Below are positions 20,894-29,789 of a stretch of 64,000 nucleotides of DNA, piece by piece (the stretch's first letter is position 1; each line of letters begins with the position of its first letter). A model generated the notes under the pieces. That model searched no databases, was not told where the DNA came from, and was given only the letters and a program-made list of their open reading frames with translations. The translations under genes were made by a program, and so were the position numbers. This stretch comes from a virus, in IMG/VR virus record IMGVR_UViG_3300042863_002274; one strand, 5' to 3'.

Positions 20894-21474
20894 TGCAAGT
20901 ACTCCACCCTTCATTATGGGTTTATGACAAATTGTTGAAAGAACCTCAAATCATTATTGACTCTATAGAAAAAGCAATAGACGATGACGTTTCTTTAAAT
21001 TGGGAATATGCCAGTACGTATGAAGACAGAAACGAACCGAGCATTCAAAACCTTTACCGAAGCAACAAGAGCCTGCCATTGGCAAGCACTATTATGGTCC
21101 GTGACGACATACAAAAACTTGATGAATATATTTTTAACGCAGTAACTGGGGCTACTTCAGAATATGCCGACCATCATAATTTAGGCGGTTTGTTTGATGA
21201 AGGGTATTTTGTTTTAAAATACGAAAAGGGAACAGAATATAAGCAGCACTTTGATTGCGGTGGTGCTCATAAAAACAGAGTGCTATCTATGATTGCTTTT
21301 TTAAATGACGATTTTGAAGGAGGAAAACTAGAGTTCCCAACTTTGGGAATAACATACGAGCCATCTGCTGGCGATGTTGTTTTTTTCCCTTCTTGTTATT
21401 CATTCCCGCATATCGTCCACCCCGTAAGTGAAGGTGTTAGGTACTCTCTTGTGACATGGCTCTCTTATGAGTAA
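20893..21474 (+). CDS. 2OG-Fe(II) oxygenase, prolyl-4-hydroxylase-like
   Basis: HFD..FLNDDFEGGKLEF..FFPS..H.V.PV..GVRYSLVTW. Confidence 0.85.
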   Translation: MQVLHPSLWVYDKLLKEPQIIIDSIEKAIDDDVSLNWEYASTYEDRNEPSIQNLYRSNKSLPLASTIMVRDDIQKLDEYIFNAVTGATSEYADHHNLGGLFDEGYFVLKYEKGTEYKQHFDCGGAHKNRVLSMIAFLNDDFEGGKLEFPTLGITYEPSAGDVVFFPSCYSFPHIVHPVSEGVRYSLVTWLSYE

Positions 21475-22045
21475 GACAAGAGATTTTCTTTTAGACAACT
21501 ATGTTCACGTACCTGATTTTGTAGACGCCTCGGTTGTCTCTCTTGTGTCAAAATATGCACTCTTAAAAGAAGCGTATTCTTTTAGCCCGGACACAGCACA
21601 GGTAATTAACGCCCATGCCGTTTATGCGGACTTCCTAATGGAGTCTCTGCTTCTTGATTACAAAGAAAAAGTGGAAGAAGTCACGGGGTTGTCACTAATC
21701 CCTACATACTCTTTTTACAGGGTCTACAGGCGTGGTCAGGAACTGGCCCCACATATAGACAGACCTGCTTGCGAAATCTCTGTAAGTGTCTGCTACGAAT
21801 ACAACTATCGCCGCAAGGATTATGAATGGCCTCTCGTCATGGGAGATACTCCAGTCGTAATGAAACCGGGTGACGGCGCTATCTACAGGGGGATGGACGT
21901 CAACCACTTCCGACCCGTATTCAACGTCCCCCAAGATTCCTACCATATTCAAGGTTTCTATCATTACGTAGACGCCAATGGTCCCTGGACTAGCCATGCG
22001 TACGACAAAAAGGAAAACTCTCATTTAAATCTTTTAGGGTATTAA
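21467..22045 (+). CDS. 2OG-Fe(II) oxygenase family protein
   Basis: PTYSF.RVY..G..L..HIDRPACEIS..GDGAIYRG...HFR HxD...H facial triad. Confidence 0.75.
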   Translation: MSKTRDFLLDNYVHVPDFVDASVVSLVSKYALLKEAYSFSPDTAQVINAHAVYADFLMESLLLDYKEKVEEVTGLSLIPTYSFYRVYRRGQELAPHIDRPACEISVSVCYEYNYRRKDYEWPLVMGDTPVVMKPGDGAIYRGMDVNHFRPVFNVPQDSYHIQGFYHYVDANGPWTSHAYDKKENSHLNLLGY

Positions 22046-22198
22046 AGATGAGTCACAGCAGGCGAGTAGATAACCACTACCTTCCAAACACTAAAGAAGG
22101 AAACGACAAGTTCTGTTGGTGGTTGCATTGGTTTGGCGGTCACGACCAATTTATAATTTTAATACATTTAATTAATTTAGAGAAACAATACAAAAAAA

Positions 22199-22483
22199 AT
22201 GCTAAACAAAGTAATACAAGCAACGAAGACGATGTCTCACAAGGGGTATTGGACTAAACCAAACATCGTAGAGGCTTGGGGGTTTTCTACCAAAATTGCC
22301 ATCATCTTCCCTGGCCTGCTTCTTGGCTACCAGTGGTGGTGGGTTTACATCTTCGCCATCGCTTCAAGCATCGCCCTCATTTGGTCATCTACCGAAAAGA
22401 CGCTTCCAACAATTATTCTCTTCAATGTGGCTTGGGTTATCCTGGCGAGTCTTTCAATCATTAAGCACTTCTGGTGGGTTTAG
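22199..22483 (+). CDS. Small membrane protein
   Basis: Three hydrophobic segments, Trp-rich. Confidence 0.6.
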   Translation: MLNKVIQATKTMSHKGYWTKPNIVEAWGFSTKIAIIFPGLLLGYQWWWVYIFAIASSIALIWSSTEKTLPTIILFNVAWVILASLSIIKHFWWV

Positions 22484-22494
22484 AATAAATTTTT

Positions 22495-23244
22495 ATGCTG
22501 CCTAATATGCTCGTAGTTCAATGCAGGGGAAATCAGTTTCTTATCTTTGATAAGCCCGACGTAATCAGTGACGGACTTCGGTCAGGTGCTGGTCATGACG
22601 CATGGCTGGAATATTATTCAACAATCCTGGTTGGAGACAACAAGGACGGAGTAATCCTAGATATCGGCAGCAATGTCGGAACTTATGTTGTTCCTTTGGC
22701 TAAACAATTCCCCGGTATTGAGTTCTACGGTTTTGAACCACAGAGGATAGTTTTCTATCAGTTGTGCGCCAACCTTGTCCTGAATGGATTAGAGAACGTT
22801 TACCCCATCAATAAAGGACTCGGAGATGCCGCGTTCGAAATAGAGATGTCAACTCCTGATTATTCCGTTGAAGTAAATATTGGCGCTTTCAGTCTGGATG
22901 CTGGCGTTCACGAGAACAACAATCAGTGCGCCAGTCAGGGCAAGATGGAAAAGATACAGATTGACCGACTGGATAATTACGAATTTCAGAACATCAGACT
23001 CATCAAGATAGACGTTGAGGGTCTTGAGTTTGCAGTCATCAAGGGCGGCCTAGAAACCCTCAAGGCAAACAACTACCCACCTATCATCTTTGAGACGTGG
23101 AGCATTATGGACTGGTATCAAGAACGACGCAAGGAGATTATTTCCTATGTTGAGTCTCTTGGCTACGACATCACCTCAATTGGGGACAACTGCATCGCAC
23201 AGCACACAAGCCGAAAAGTCATTCAGTGGGCCAGAACCCAATAG
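22495..23244 (+). CDS. FkbM-family methyltransferase
   Basis: LDIGSNVG, FEPQ, LIKIDVEGLEFAVIKG, IIFE motifs. Confidence 0.85.
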   Translation: MLPNMLVVQCRGNQFLIFDKPDVISDGLRSGAGHDAWLEYYSTILVGDNKDGVILDIGSNVGTYVVPLAKQFPGIEFYGFEPQRIVFYQLCANLVLNGLENVYPINKGLGDAAFEIEMSTPDYSVEVNIGAFSLDAGVHENNNQCASQGKMEKIQIDRLDNYEFQNIRLIKIDVEGLEFAVIKGGLETLKANNYPPIIFETWSIMDWYQERRKEIISYVESLGYDITSIGDNCIAQHTSRKVIQWARTQ

Positions 23245-23268
23245 AAACGTAGTGTAAAATAGGGGCAT

Positions 23269-24639
23269 ATGGCTATTGATTTTCCAAACTCCCCCTCACC
23301 AGGAGCATTGTTTACGGCCAACTCCAAGACGTGGACATTCACTGGAGGCAAATGGGTTCTTAACGTCAGCACGGTCGGCGTGGTTGGTCCAACTGGGCCA
23401 ACCGGATTAACTGGGGCAACCGGACCTGCGGGCGGTCCAACCGGAGCAACCGGGCCAACTGGACCAACCGGTATTGGCGCAAGCGGTCCAAGCGGGCCAA
23501 GCGGAGTTTCGGGGGTAAGTGGGGTTTCGGGGGTTAGTGGTGTTTCTGGTGTTTCTGGTGTAATTGGTGCGACTGGTCCAAGCGGCGCAACTGGACTAAC
23601 GGGCGCTACGGGCCCAGCTGGTGGGCCGACTGGCCCGTCTGGCCCGACTGGAGCAACAGGGGTTGCGGGTGTTGTCATTCAGGGAACAGCTCCTACGGTT
23701 TTCGACGTTCTTTGGGCGGATACTTCAGTTGCTGGAGTGGCTGTAGTTCCTGCCGGTGGAACAACGGGTCAAATGCTGGCGAAGTCTTCGTCTGTTAGTT
23801 ACGACACGGCATGGGCTACGCCGGTCACTTCTTCTGATTTAGCACTAAAAGCCAACCTTGCAGGTCCCACTACTTTTACAGGAACCGTAACTCTTCCAAC
23901 TGGAACCGTTGCCACAACTCAGAGCGCCGGGAACAACACAACTGCCGTTGCAACCACAGCGTTTGTAACTCAAGCGATACCTACGGGAGTAATAAATCCA
24001 TACGCAGGTTCTACGGCACCAACAGGTTGGTTGCTTTGCTACGGACAAGCGGTATCTAGAACAACTTATGCTGCATTGTTCGCTGTTCTTTCAACTACCT
24101 ACAATACTGGTGTCGTAGCAGGAACGGATTTCTGTCTCCCTGACCTTCGTGGTCGTACGGTTGCTGGTATTGACAACATGGGCGGCGTGGATGCCAACCT
24201 TTTGAGTATTGCAAATACACCAGGAACAACGACTGGTGCTGAAACAGTTACTTTGACTTCTGCACAATCAGGAGTTCCTACTCACTCTCATGCCAACACA
24301 TTGACGGGTACGACAACTTTTGCTTCTAGCGGACACGCTCACGGTGCGGGTAGTCTGACCGCTGCTATTGGTGCTACTAATAACAACCCAAACAGAATCG
24401 GCTATATTGCAGGAACAGTAACTGGTCCAGGGACAGCAACATACTCAATTGAGGCCGGTGGTCTATTGACCGGTACGGGAAACTTTAACCACTACACGCC
24501 TGTGTACGGCGATACGGGTGGCCCCAACGCGACAGGGACTGTTGGTATCACAAATGTTGATAATACCGCCGCAAATGCTTCATCGGCTCATAACAACATG
24601 CAGCCTACAATGGTTCTTAACTACATTATAAAGTCTTAG
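23269..24639 (+). CDS. Collagen-like tail fibre with tail-collar domain
   Basis: IDFPNSP module, Gly-X-Y runs, [38 protein letters not shown] collar, HSH/HAH motifs, [15 protein letters not shown] end. Confidence 0.85.
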   Translation: MAIDFPNSPSPGALFTANSKTWTFTGGKWVLNVSTVGVVGPTGPTGLTGATGPAGGPTGATGPTGPTGIGASGPSGPSGVSGVSGVSGVSGVSGVSGVIGATGPSGATGLTGATGPAGGPTGPSGPTGATGVAGVVIQGTAPTVFDVLWADTSVAGVAVVPAGGTTGQMLAKSSSVSYDTAWATPVTSSDLALKANLAGPTTFTGTVTLPTGTVATTQSAGNNTTAVATTAFVTQAIPTGVINPYAGSTAPTGWLLCYGQAVSRTTYAALFAVLSTTYNTGVVAGTDFCLPDLRGRTVAGIDNMGGVDANLLSIANTPGTTTGAETVTLTSAQSGVPTHSHANTLTGTTTFASSGHAHGAGSLTAAIGATNNNPNRIGYIAGTVTGPGTATYSIEAGGLLTGTGNFNHYTPVYGDTGGPNATGTVGITNVDNTAANASSAHNNMQPTMVLNYIIKS

Positions 24640-24651
24640 AAAGAATTGTAA

Positions 24652-25242
24652 ATGACAGTTTTAAAACAATACGATAGCGGTAGTTCACAGTGGGTTCCGA
24701 TTGTAACTGGTGTCTCTGGCGTCTCGGGTGTTTCGGGCGTTTCTGGAGTCTCCGGTGTTAGTGGTGTAAGTGGAGTATCTGGGGTTAGTGGAGTTTCTGG
24801 AGTTAGTGGCGTAAGTGGAGTTAGTGGTGTTAGTGGTACAACTGGACCAACCGGAGCAACTGGACCAACTGGCACTGTAAACATGAATAACCCAACTTTT
24901 ACCGGAACCGTAGTCGCTCCGACTCTTTCCTCTACTTCTATTTCTTCTACCAATTATTCGCAAGGAGGAAACGCGGGAAACATTGTTCGTTCTGCTGCTG
25001 TTACTGTTCCCTTTAACACCTCAAACCAATTACATCTAGTAAACATGCCTTCAGGGTGCAGTGTCTACAACCTCATAAATGTTCACCCCACTACTGGCGT
25101 TAATAACACCGTAACAATTACAGAAGTGCGTTATGGAGACTGGAGTGGAGTCCAGACCCCTTATCAAATAGGACTCACAGGGTATCTCGGCAACGGCGTC
25201 CACACCGAAGTAACCTATGTAACTTTCTACTGGTTGGCATAA
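24652..25242 (+). CDS. Short collagen-like fibre protein
   Basis: Continuous (GVS)14 run then C-terminal beta-rich domain. Confidence 0.7.
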   Translation: MTVLKQYDSGSSQWVPIVTGVSGVSGVSGVSGVSGVSGVSGVSGVSGVSGVSGVSGVSGVSGTTGPTGATGPTGTVNMNNPTFTGTVVAPTLSSTSISSTNYSQGGNAGNIVRSAAVTVPFNTSNQLHLVNMPSGCSVYNLINVHPTTGVNNTVTITEVRYGDWSGVQTPYQIGLTGYLGNGVHTEVTYVTFYWLA

Positions 25243-25397
25243 TGAGTTTGTTTAAAATAATAACTAGTGGTGGAATTCAAAAGGTAACAAAAGAAGGTGG
25301 TTCAGAGGTGGGTTGGCTTGATGCGGAATATAGAGAATGGCTGGACCAGGGTAATATGCCAGATATTGTTAACGAAGAAAAACCATCAGAGGAATAA
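25242..25397 (+). CDS. Small fibre-associated chaperone-like protein (51 aa, not in ORF track)
   Basis: MSLFKIITSGG..DAEYREWLDQGNMPDIVNEEKPSEE; TAATG overlap; Y..W...GN motif as in 12633..12785. Confidence 0.65.
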   Translation: MSLFKIITSGGIQKVTKEGGSEVGWLDAEYREWLDQGNMPDIVNEEKPSEE

Positions 25398-25481
25398 TCC
25401 TAAACAAGAACGGCAATTCCGGCGTTTTCTCATTGTATTTCATGTGATTCCCCTTAACTGGTTCAGGGTATAATTGCAAGC

Positions 25482-26243
25482 ATGGCTATTGATTTTCCCA
25501 ACTCACCCTCGCCCGGTGCTAACCACACCGTAAACGGAAAAACGTGGACATACACGGACGGTAAATGGGCGCTCAATGTCGACTCTTTGGGTGTCGTTGG
25601 ACCAACGGGACCGACAGGACCTCAAGGTGTTTCGGGCGTAAGTGGTATCGCCTCCACAGTTTCTGGCCCACAAGGCGCTTCTGGCGTATCGGGAGTTAGT
25701 GGCGTAAGTGGACCTTCTGGGGTCAGTGGCGTAAGCGGCGTGTCGGGGGTTTCGGGCGTAAGTGGAGTATCGGGCGTTTCGGGAGTGAGCGGTGTTTCGG
25801 GCGTAAGCGGTGTTTCGGGCGTAAGCGGACCTGCAACCACTACAAATATTGTTTTAACTTCCCCTCTTGAAGTGATAACCAACACGGCTACGGCAGCAAC
25901 AGGGACGGTTCATTTTGATGTCAAGACACAGGCGTTGTTGTACTACTCGGATGCCGCTACGGCGAACTGGACTTTAAACATCAGGGGCGACAACTCAACT
26001 TCCTTGAATACCGTCATGAGTACGGGTCAATCAATGACCATCGTGTTCATGGCCACGACAGGAGTGACGCCGTATCGTCAAACTGGTTTTACGATTGACG
26101 GCAATGCGGTAACGCCAAAATGGCAATTCGGCATAGTTCCTTCAGCAGGAAACGCCTCAAGTATTGATTTATATACGGTCACTTTAATCAAAACCGGCTC
26201 AGCAGCATTTACGGTTATAGAGTCGTTGACGCAGTTTAAATAA
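25482..26243 (+). CDS. Collagen-like fibre protein
   Basis: [10 protein letters not shown] module, GVS run, C-terminal domain ending SIDLYTVTLIKTGSAAFTVIESLTQFK. Confidence 0.75.
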   Translation: MAIDFPNSPSPGANHTVNGKTWTYTDGKWALNVDSLGVVGPTGPTGPQGVSGVSGIASTVSGPQGASGVSGVSGVSGPSGVSGVSGVSGVSGVSGVSGVSGVSGVSGVSGVSGVSGPATTTNIVLTSPLEVITNTATAATGTVHFDVKTQALLYYSDAATANWTLNIRGDNSTSLNTVMSTGQSMTIVFMATTGVTPYRQTGFTIDGNAVTPKWQFGIVPSAGNASSIDLYTVTLIKTGSAAFTVIESLTQFK

Positions 26244-26265
26244 CACTACTGCTAGTATTTTCGGC

Positions 26266-26439
26266 ATGACAAAAACTGCTGATAGATTTTGGGACAAAGT
26301 AGATATCGGCTCTCGTGAGGAGTGCTGGGTTTGGAAAGCATCTGTCGGTTGGGGCGTGAGCGTTATGCAAGAAATAAAGTATGATGACAATGCCAAAACA
26401 AAAACAAGAGAATGGGGAAAAACTTGCGCTTCCACGTAG
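26266..26439 (+). pseudogene. Remnant of HNH homing endonuclease (N-terminal fragment)
   Basis: MTKTADRFWDKVDIGSREECWVW resembles the N-terminus of phage HNH endonucleases; no HNH core follows; stops after 57 aa. Confidence 0.5.
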
Positions 26440-27482
26440 TTGGTTTACCACACGCTAATACGACCTTAGATTTCACGGCTTGCGCTTTTACTGAGAATGT
26501 TCGTAAATTTGCAATAATGATGAAATCCCTCAACCATGAGGTTTACCTCTATGGCGGGGAATTTACTGACGCACCCTGTGATGAGAACATCATGTGCATT
26601 TCCGAGCAGGAGCGCCTTGACTCCCTAGAGGGCAAGCATTATTCCCTTGCGTCTTTTGACTACGCCCTGCCTCACTGGGTGAAGTTCAACAACACGGCTA
26701 TCGAGGAGATGGCTAAGCGAATCCAGCCCAAAGACTTCATTTGTGTAATCGGTGGACGGGCGCACAAAGTGATTGCTGATGCTTTCCCTCAAAACATGAC
26801 CGTGGAGTTTGAAGTTGGGTACGGAGGAACTTTCGCGAAGTACAAGGTATTTGAGTCCTATGCCTGGATGCATGTTTGCTACGGAGCTGCGGCCGGCAAC
26901 CCCAATGACGTAGACGGTCAGTTTTATGACGATGTAATCCCTGGCCATGTTGACATAAGGGACTTCCCATTCAGGGAGACGCCTGATGACTATTACCTCT
27001 TCATAGGACGCCTTATTGACCGAAAGGGCTATCAGGTGGCCGTAGACGTCTGTAGACACCTAGGAAAGCGTCTGGTGGTCGCTGGACAGGGAACTGTGCC
27101 CGATTACGGCGAGTACGTAGGGGTTGTTGGCACAGAGGAACGAGCCAAGCTAATGGGGGGCGCAATTGCATCATTTGTCCCAACTATTTACACCGAGCCA
27201 TTTGGATTAGTCGTAGCTGAAGCCATGGCATGTGGGACGCCGGTAATCACTACAGATTGGGGCGCTTTCCCTGAAAATGTGATTCAGGGGGTTAACGGTT
27301 TTAGATGTCGTACCTTGCAGCAGTTTATTGACGCCGCGCAAGAAGCCCCAAAACTTGACCGTAAAGCCATCAGGGAATACGCAGTTAACCGTTTTGGTCT
27401 AGATACCAACGCTCTTCTGTATGAAAAATACTTCAACCGTTTGCTGACGCTTTGGGGTAAAGGCTTCTACGAACTTTCGTAG
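26412..27482 (+). CDS. Glycosyltransferase family 4
   Basis: LFIGRL..RKG, EPFGLVVAEAMACGTPVIT..GA..E motifs. Confidence 0.9.
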   Translation: MGKNLRFHVVGLPHANTTLDFTACAFTENVRKFAIMMKSLNHEVYLYGGEFTDAPCDENIMCISEQERLDSLEGKHYSLASFDYALPHWVKFNNTAIEEMAKRIQPKDFICVIGGRAHKVIADAFPQNMTVEFEVGYGGTFAKYKVFESYAWMHVCYGAAAGNPNDVDGQFYDDVIPGHVDIRDFPFRETPDDYYLFIGRLIDRKGYQVAVDVCRHLGKRLVVAGQGTVPDYGEYVGVVGTEERAKLMGGAIASFVPTIYTEPFGLVVAEAMACGTPVITTDWGAFPENVIQGVNGFRCRTLQQFIDAAQEAPKLDRKAIREYAVNRFGLDTNALLYEKYFNRLLTLWGKGFYELS

Positions 27483-27490
27483 TCTTTAAA

Positions 27491-27739
27491 TTACCACTTA
27501 TTTACAGGGCACTCAGCGTGAGCCAGTTTTGTCTTTAAGTGCATGAAGCATCCACACTTAACACACTGTTTTGTTATTGCTAAAAAATGAGGGCATTCTT
27601 TGCATATCTCATAGCGCGCATCCGCTACGTCTTCTGCTGCGTATTCCGTATTGGGGTTAGCAAAGTCCAAAGGGGATACTTTGCCAGATTGTTGTCTTTC
27701 AGCGTTTTCGCGCTTCCATTTTTGCCAAGGTGTTTCCAT
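27491..27739 (-). CDS. Small Cys-rich metal-binding protein
   Basis: R..ICKECP...CVKCGCFM..K......CP..KW. Confidence 0.65.
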   Translation of the reverse strand: METPWQKWKRENAERQQSGKVSPLDFANPNTEYAAEDVADARYEICKECPHFLAITKQCVKCGCFMHLKTKLAHAECPVNKW

Positions 27740-27743
27740 GTGG

Positions 27744-27947
27744 TTACTCTACAGGAGATATGAAGTTCTGCCCATCCCAAGTATCCCCAATTTCAACAGA
27801 TTCAACAATATGGAGAACTGGGTTAGATGAAAGAATTGCTTCCATCATTTCAAGATTTTCGCCATCTGCAAAAATGGGAAATGGGTATTTAAGCACGGCT
27901 TCACCGTCCACTTCAACAACTAAAAATTTTAGTATTACATTATCCAT
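27744..27947 (-). CDS. Small adhesin-associated protein (copy 1)
   Basis: AAGGAG RBS; close paralog of 29568..29771. Confidence 0.75.
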   Translation of the reverse strand: MDNVILKFLVVEVDGEAVLKYPFPIFADGENLEMMEAILSSNPVLHIVESVEIGDTWDGQNFISPVE

Positions 27948-27965
27948 AAATTCTCCTTAAAGAAA

Positions 27966-29519
27966 TTAACAAGGGTTTCCAAATACATCAGCACAAGGCT
28001 CACTGGAAGTAAGTGCGATTGAGTTTGTTCCAAGACACACCGTAACAGAGTAGAAAGCATTGCTGAAACCGCAAGCGCCACAGGTTGGGTTAGGGAACGC
28101 ATAGTACGAACCAGGGGTGCCAGTGTAGGTGTAATCTATTCCGCCTTCGCTGAAGTCGCCGGTCTTGTTTGTTCTTGTGCCGCTGCAAGTCGAGCAAGCC
28201 GAGCAAGACCCAGCCGAACAGTCACCACATGTTCCAGCCGAACAATTGCCACAGGTTGAAGCGGTACATACGGAGTAGTCACCACAAGCAGAAGTGCTGT
28301 TTTCAGCATAGACATAACCAGATGCAGTGCTTCCGGCTGCAGGTCTTTCCCACCTGTAGCAAGTTCTAGTACTTGTTCCAAGAGTTGGTGCTCCTCTTGT
28401 TCCAATAGTGGATGCTCCTCTTGTTCCCGACGAGGCTGTTCTTGAAGCGGTGCCGCAGTCACAAGAGCACGCCTCGCAAGAGGCTGGAGCATTATTACAA
28501 GCCGCACAGGTTGGAGCAGGACAAGCCGCACAGGTTGGAGCAGGACACGCGGTAGGGTTCTGCTGAACCTGGCTAGTTTGAGCCCACGCCACCGTGTTGG
28601 CTGAAACGGTACTGAAACCGCTGGTTCCGTTTGCGTTCTCTGCTCGTACTTGAATTTTTTTAGTACCTGCACTGTATTGGTTTGATGTAGCGTAAGAAAG
28701 CGTTGAGCCGGCAGCAACAAACGTTTCACCACTGTATGCTCCGTTGTTGGTGCTTACCTTGTAGTAATACCCCGTAATCGCACGACCACCGGTAGCAGCA
28801 CCGGTTAAAGCGCTCCACGTAATAGTGTCTCCGGCGTCTAGTGCATTGACGGTTGGGGTCGCAGGCGCACTAGGAACAGTGGAAGGTGTAGCATTAGCGG
28901 TTGCTGAGTATGCACCATCCCCGTTTGAGTTTACTCCCAGTACTTTAAAGTAACGAATATCACCGTTTGTTAGACCACTCACAGTATGGCTATTTGATGC
29001 TATGCCAGTTACTGTCACAACATTGTTTGCAAACGTTGAAGAAGACGAATGCTGGAGCGTGTAACTAAGTATTGCTGCGCCTCCGGTATCAGTACCTGTT
29101 AGAGCATTCCACGTAACAGTTACTTGTCCATTAACATGCGATGGAGAACTTGTAATAGTCGGCGCATTTGGAACAGTGGAAGGGATTACTGCCGTTGCAG
29201 CGTCTGATGCAGCTCCACCACCCAATGAGTTGACTGCTCTTATTTTTATTCCGTAAGAAGTTCCATTTGTCAAACCTGTTATGACTAGGGGTGAAGCAGT
29301 TGTTCCAGCTGAACGAGTTGTAAACGTGGCGTACGAGTCTGTGGAAAGAGCGTACTGATAAGTAGTGATTGGAAGTCCACCATCAAAACTGGGAGCAGTA
29401 AACGCTACAGATATCTCTCCGTTACCTTTTGTGGAGACAACAGAAGTTGGTGCGCCAGGTGTTGTTGCTGCACCAAAATAGCCCCTAGAAGCCTGACCTC
29501 TTCCACCAAGAAATGGCAT
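27966..29519 (-). CDS. Fibronectin type III repeat protein with Cys-rich C-terminus (putative adhesin)
   Basis: Three FN3-like repeats (P.AP..W..P..GG..IT.Y..TGLTNG..Y..RAVN); many CxxC motifs in C-terminal ~200 aa. Confidence 0.8.
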   Translation of the reverse strand: MPFLGGRGQASRGYFGAATTPGAPTSVVSTKGNGEISVAFTAPSFDGGLPITTYQYALSTDSYATFTTRSAGTTASPLVITGLTNGTSYGIKIRAVNSLGGGAASDAATAVIPSTVPNAPTITSSPSHVNGQVTVTWNALTGTDTGGAAILSYTLQHSSSSTFANNVVTVTGIASNSHTVSGLTNGDIRYFKVLGVNSNGDGAYSATANATPSTVPSAPATPTVNALDAGDTITWSALTGAATGGRAITGYYYKVSTNNGAYSGETFVAAGSTLSYATSNQYSAGTKKIQVRAENANGTSGFSTVSANTVAWAQTSQVQQNPTACPAPTCAACPAPTCAACNNAPASCEACSCDCGTASRTASSGTRGASTIGTRGAPTLGTSTRTCYRWERPAAGSTASGYVYAENSTSACGDYSVCTASTCGNCSAGTCGDCSAGSCSACSTCSGTRTNKTGDFSEGGIDYTYTGTPGSYYAFPNPTCGACGFSNAFYSVTVCLGTNSIALTSSEPCADVFGNPC

Positions 29520-29563
29520 TATGCAAACTTCGACTGACTAGCGAATACGGTAGGAGTTTCCAT
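29519..29563 (-). pseudogene. Chimeric 14-codon mini-ORF (METPTVFASQSKFA), recombination scar
   Basis: First four residues equal the start of 27491..27739 (METP); remainder resembles a fibre C-terminus; TAATG-coupled to 27966..29519. Confidence 0.55.
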
Positions 29564-29567
29564 GTGA

Positions 29568-29771
29568 TTACTCTACAGGAGGTACGAAGTTCTGTCCATC
29601 CCAGATATCCCCAATTTCAACAGAGTCAACAAGACGAAGAACTGGATTGGATGCAAGAACTGCTTCCATCATCTGAAGATTGTCGCCACCCTGAAAAACA
29701 GGGAATGGGTATTTAAGCACGGCTTCACCGTCAACTTCAACAACTAAAAATTTTATTGCTACATCAGACAT
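29568..29771 (-). CDS. Small adhesin-associated protein (copy 2)
   Basis: KFLVVEVDGEAVLKYPFP identical to copy 1. Confidence 0.75.
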   Translation of the reverse strand: MSDVAIKFLVVEVDGEAVLKYPFPVFQGGDNLQMMEAVLASNPVLRLVDSVEIGDIWDGQNFVPPVE

Positions 29772-29789
29772 AAATTCTCCTTACAGAAA

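Noticed and set aside
20893-21474. Animal-type collagen prolyl 4-hydroxylation of the fibres
   Set aside because: Pro in these repeats is in the X position (GPT/GPS), not the Y position used by canonical collagen P4H; substrate left open
22048-22257. 69-aa ORF between oxygenase and membrane protein
   Set aside because: Spans AT-rich promoter-like sequence, overlaps the next gene out of frame, no recognisable motif
10130-25830. Tandem 9-nt-period repeats as possible CRISPR array or satellite
   Set aside because: They are coding Gly-Val-Ser triplets with synonymous variation; no constant repeat / unique spacer structure
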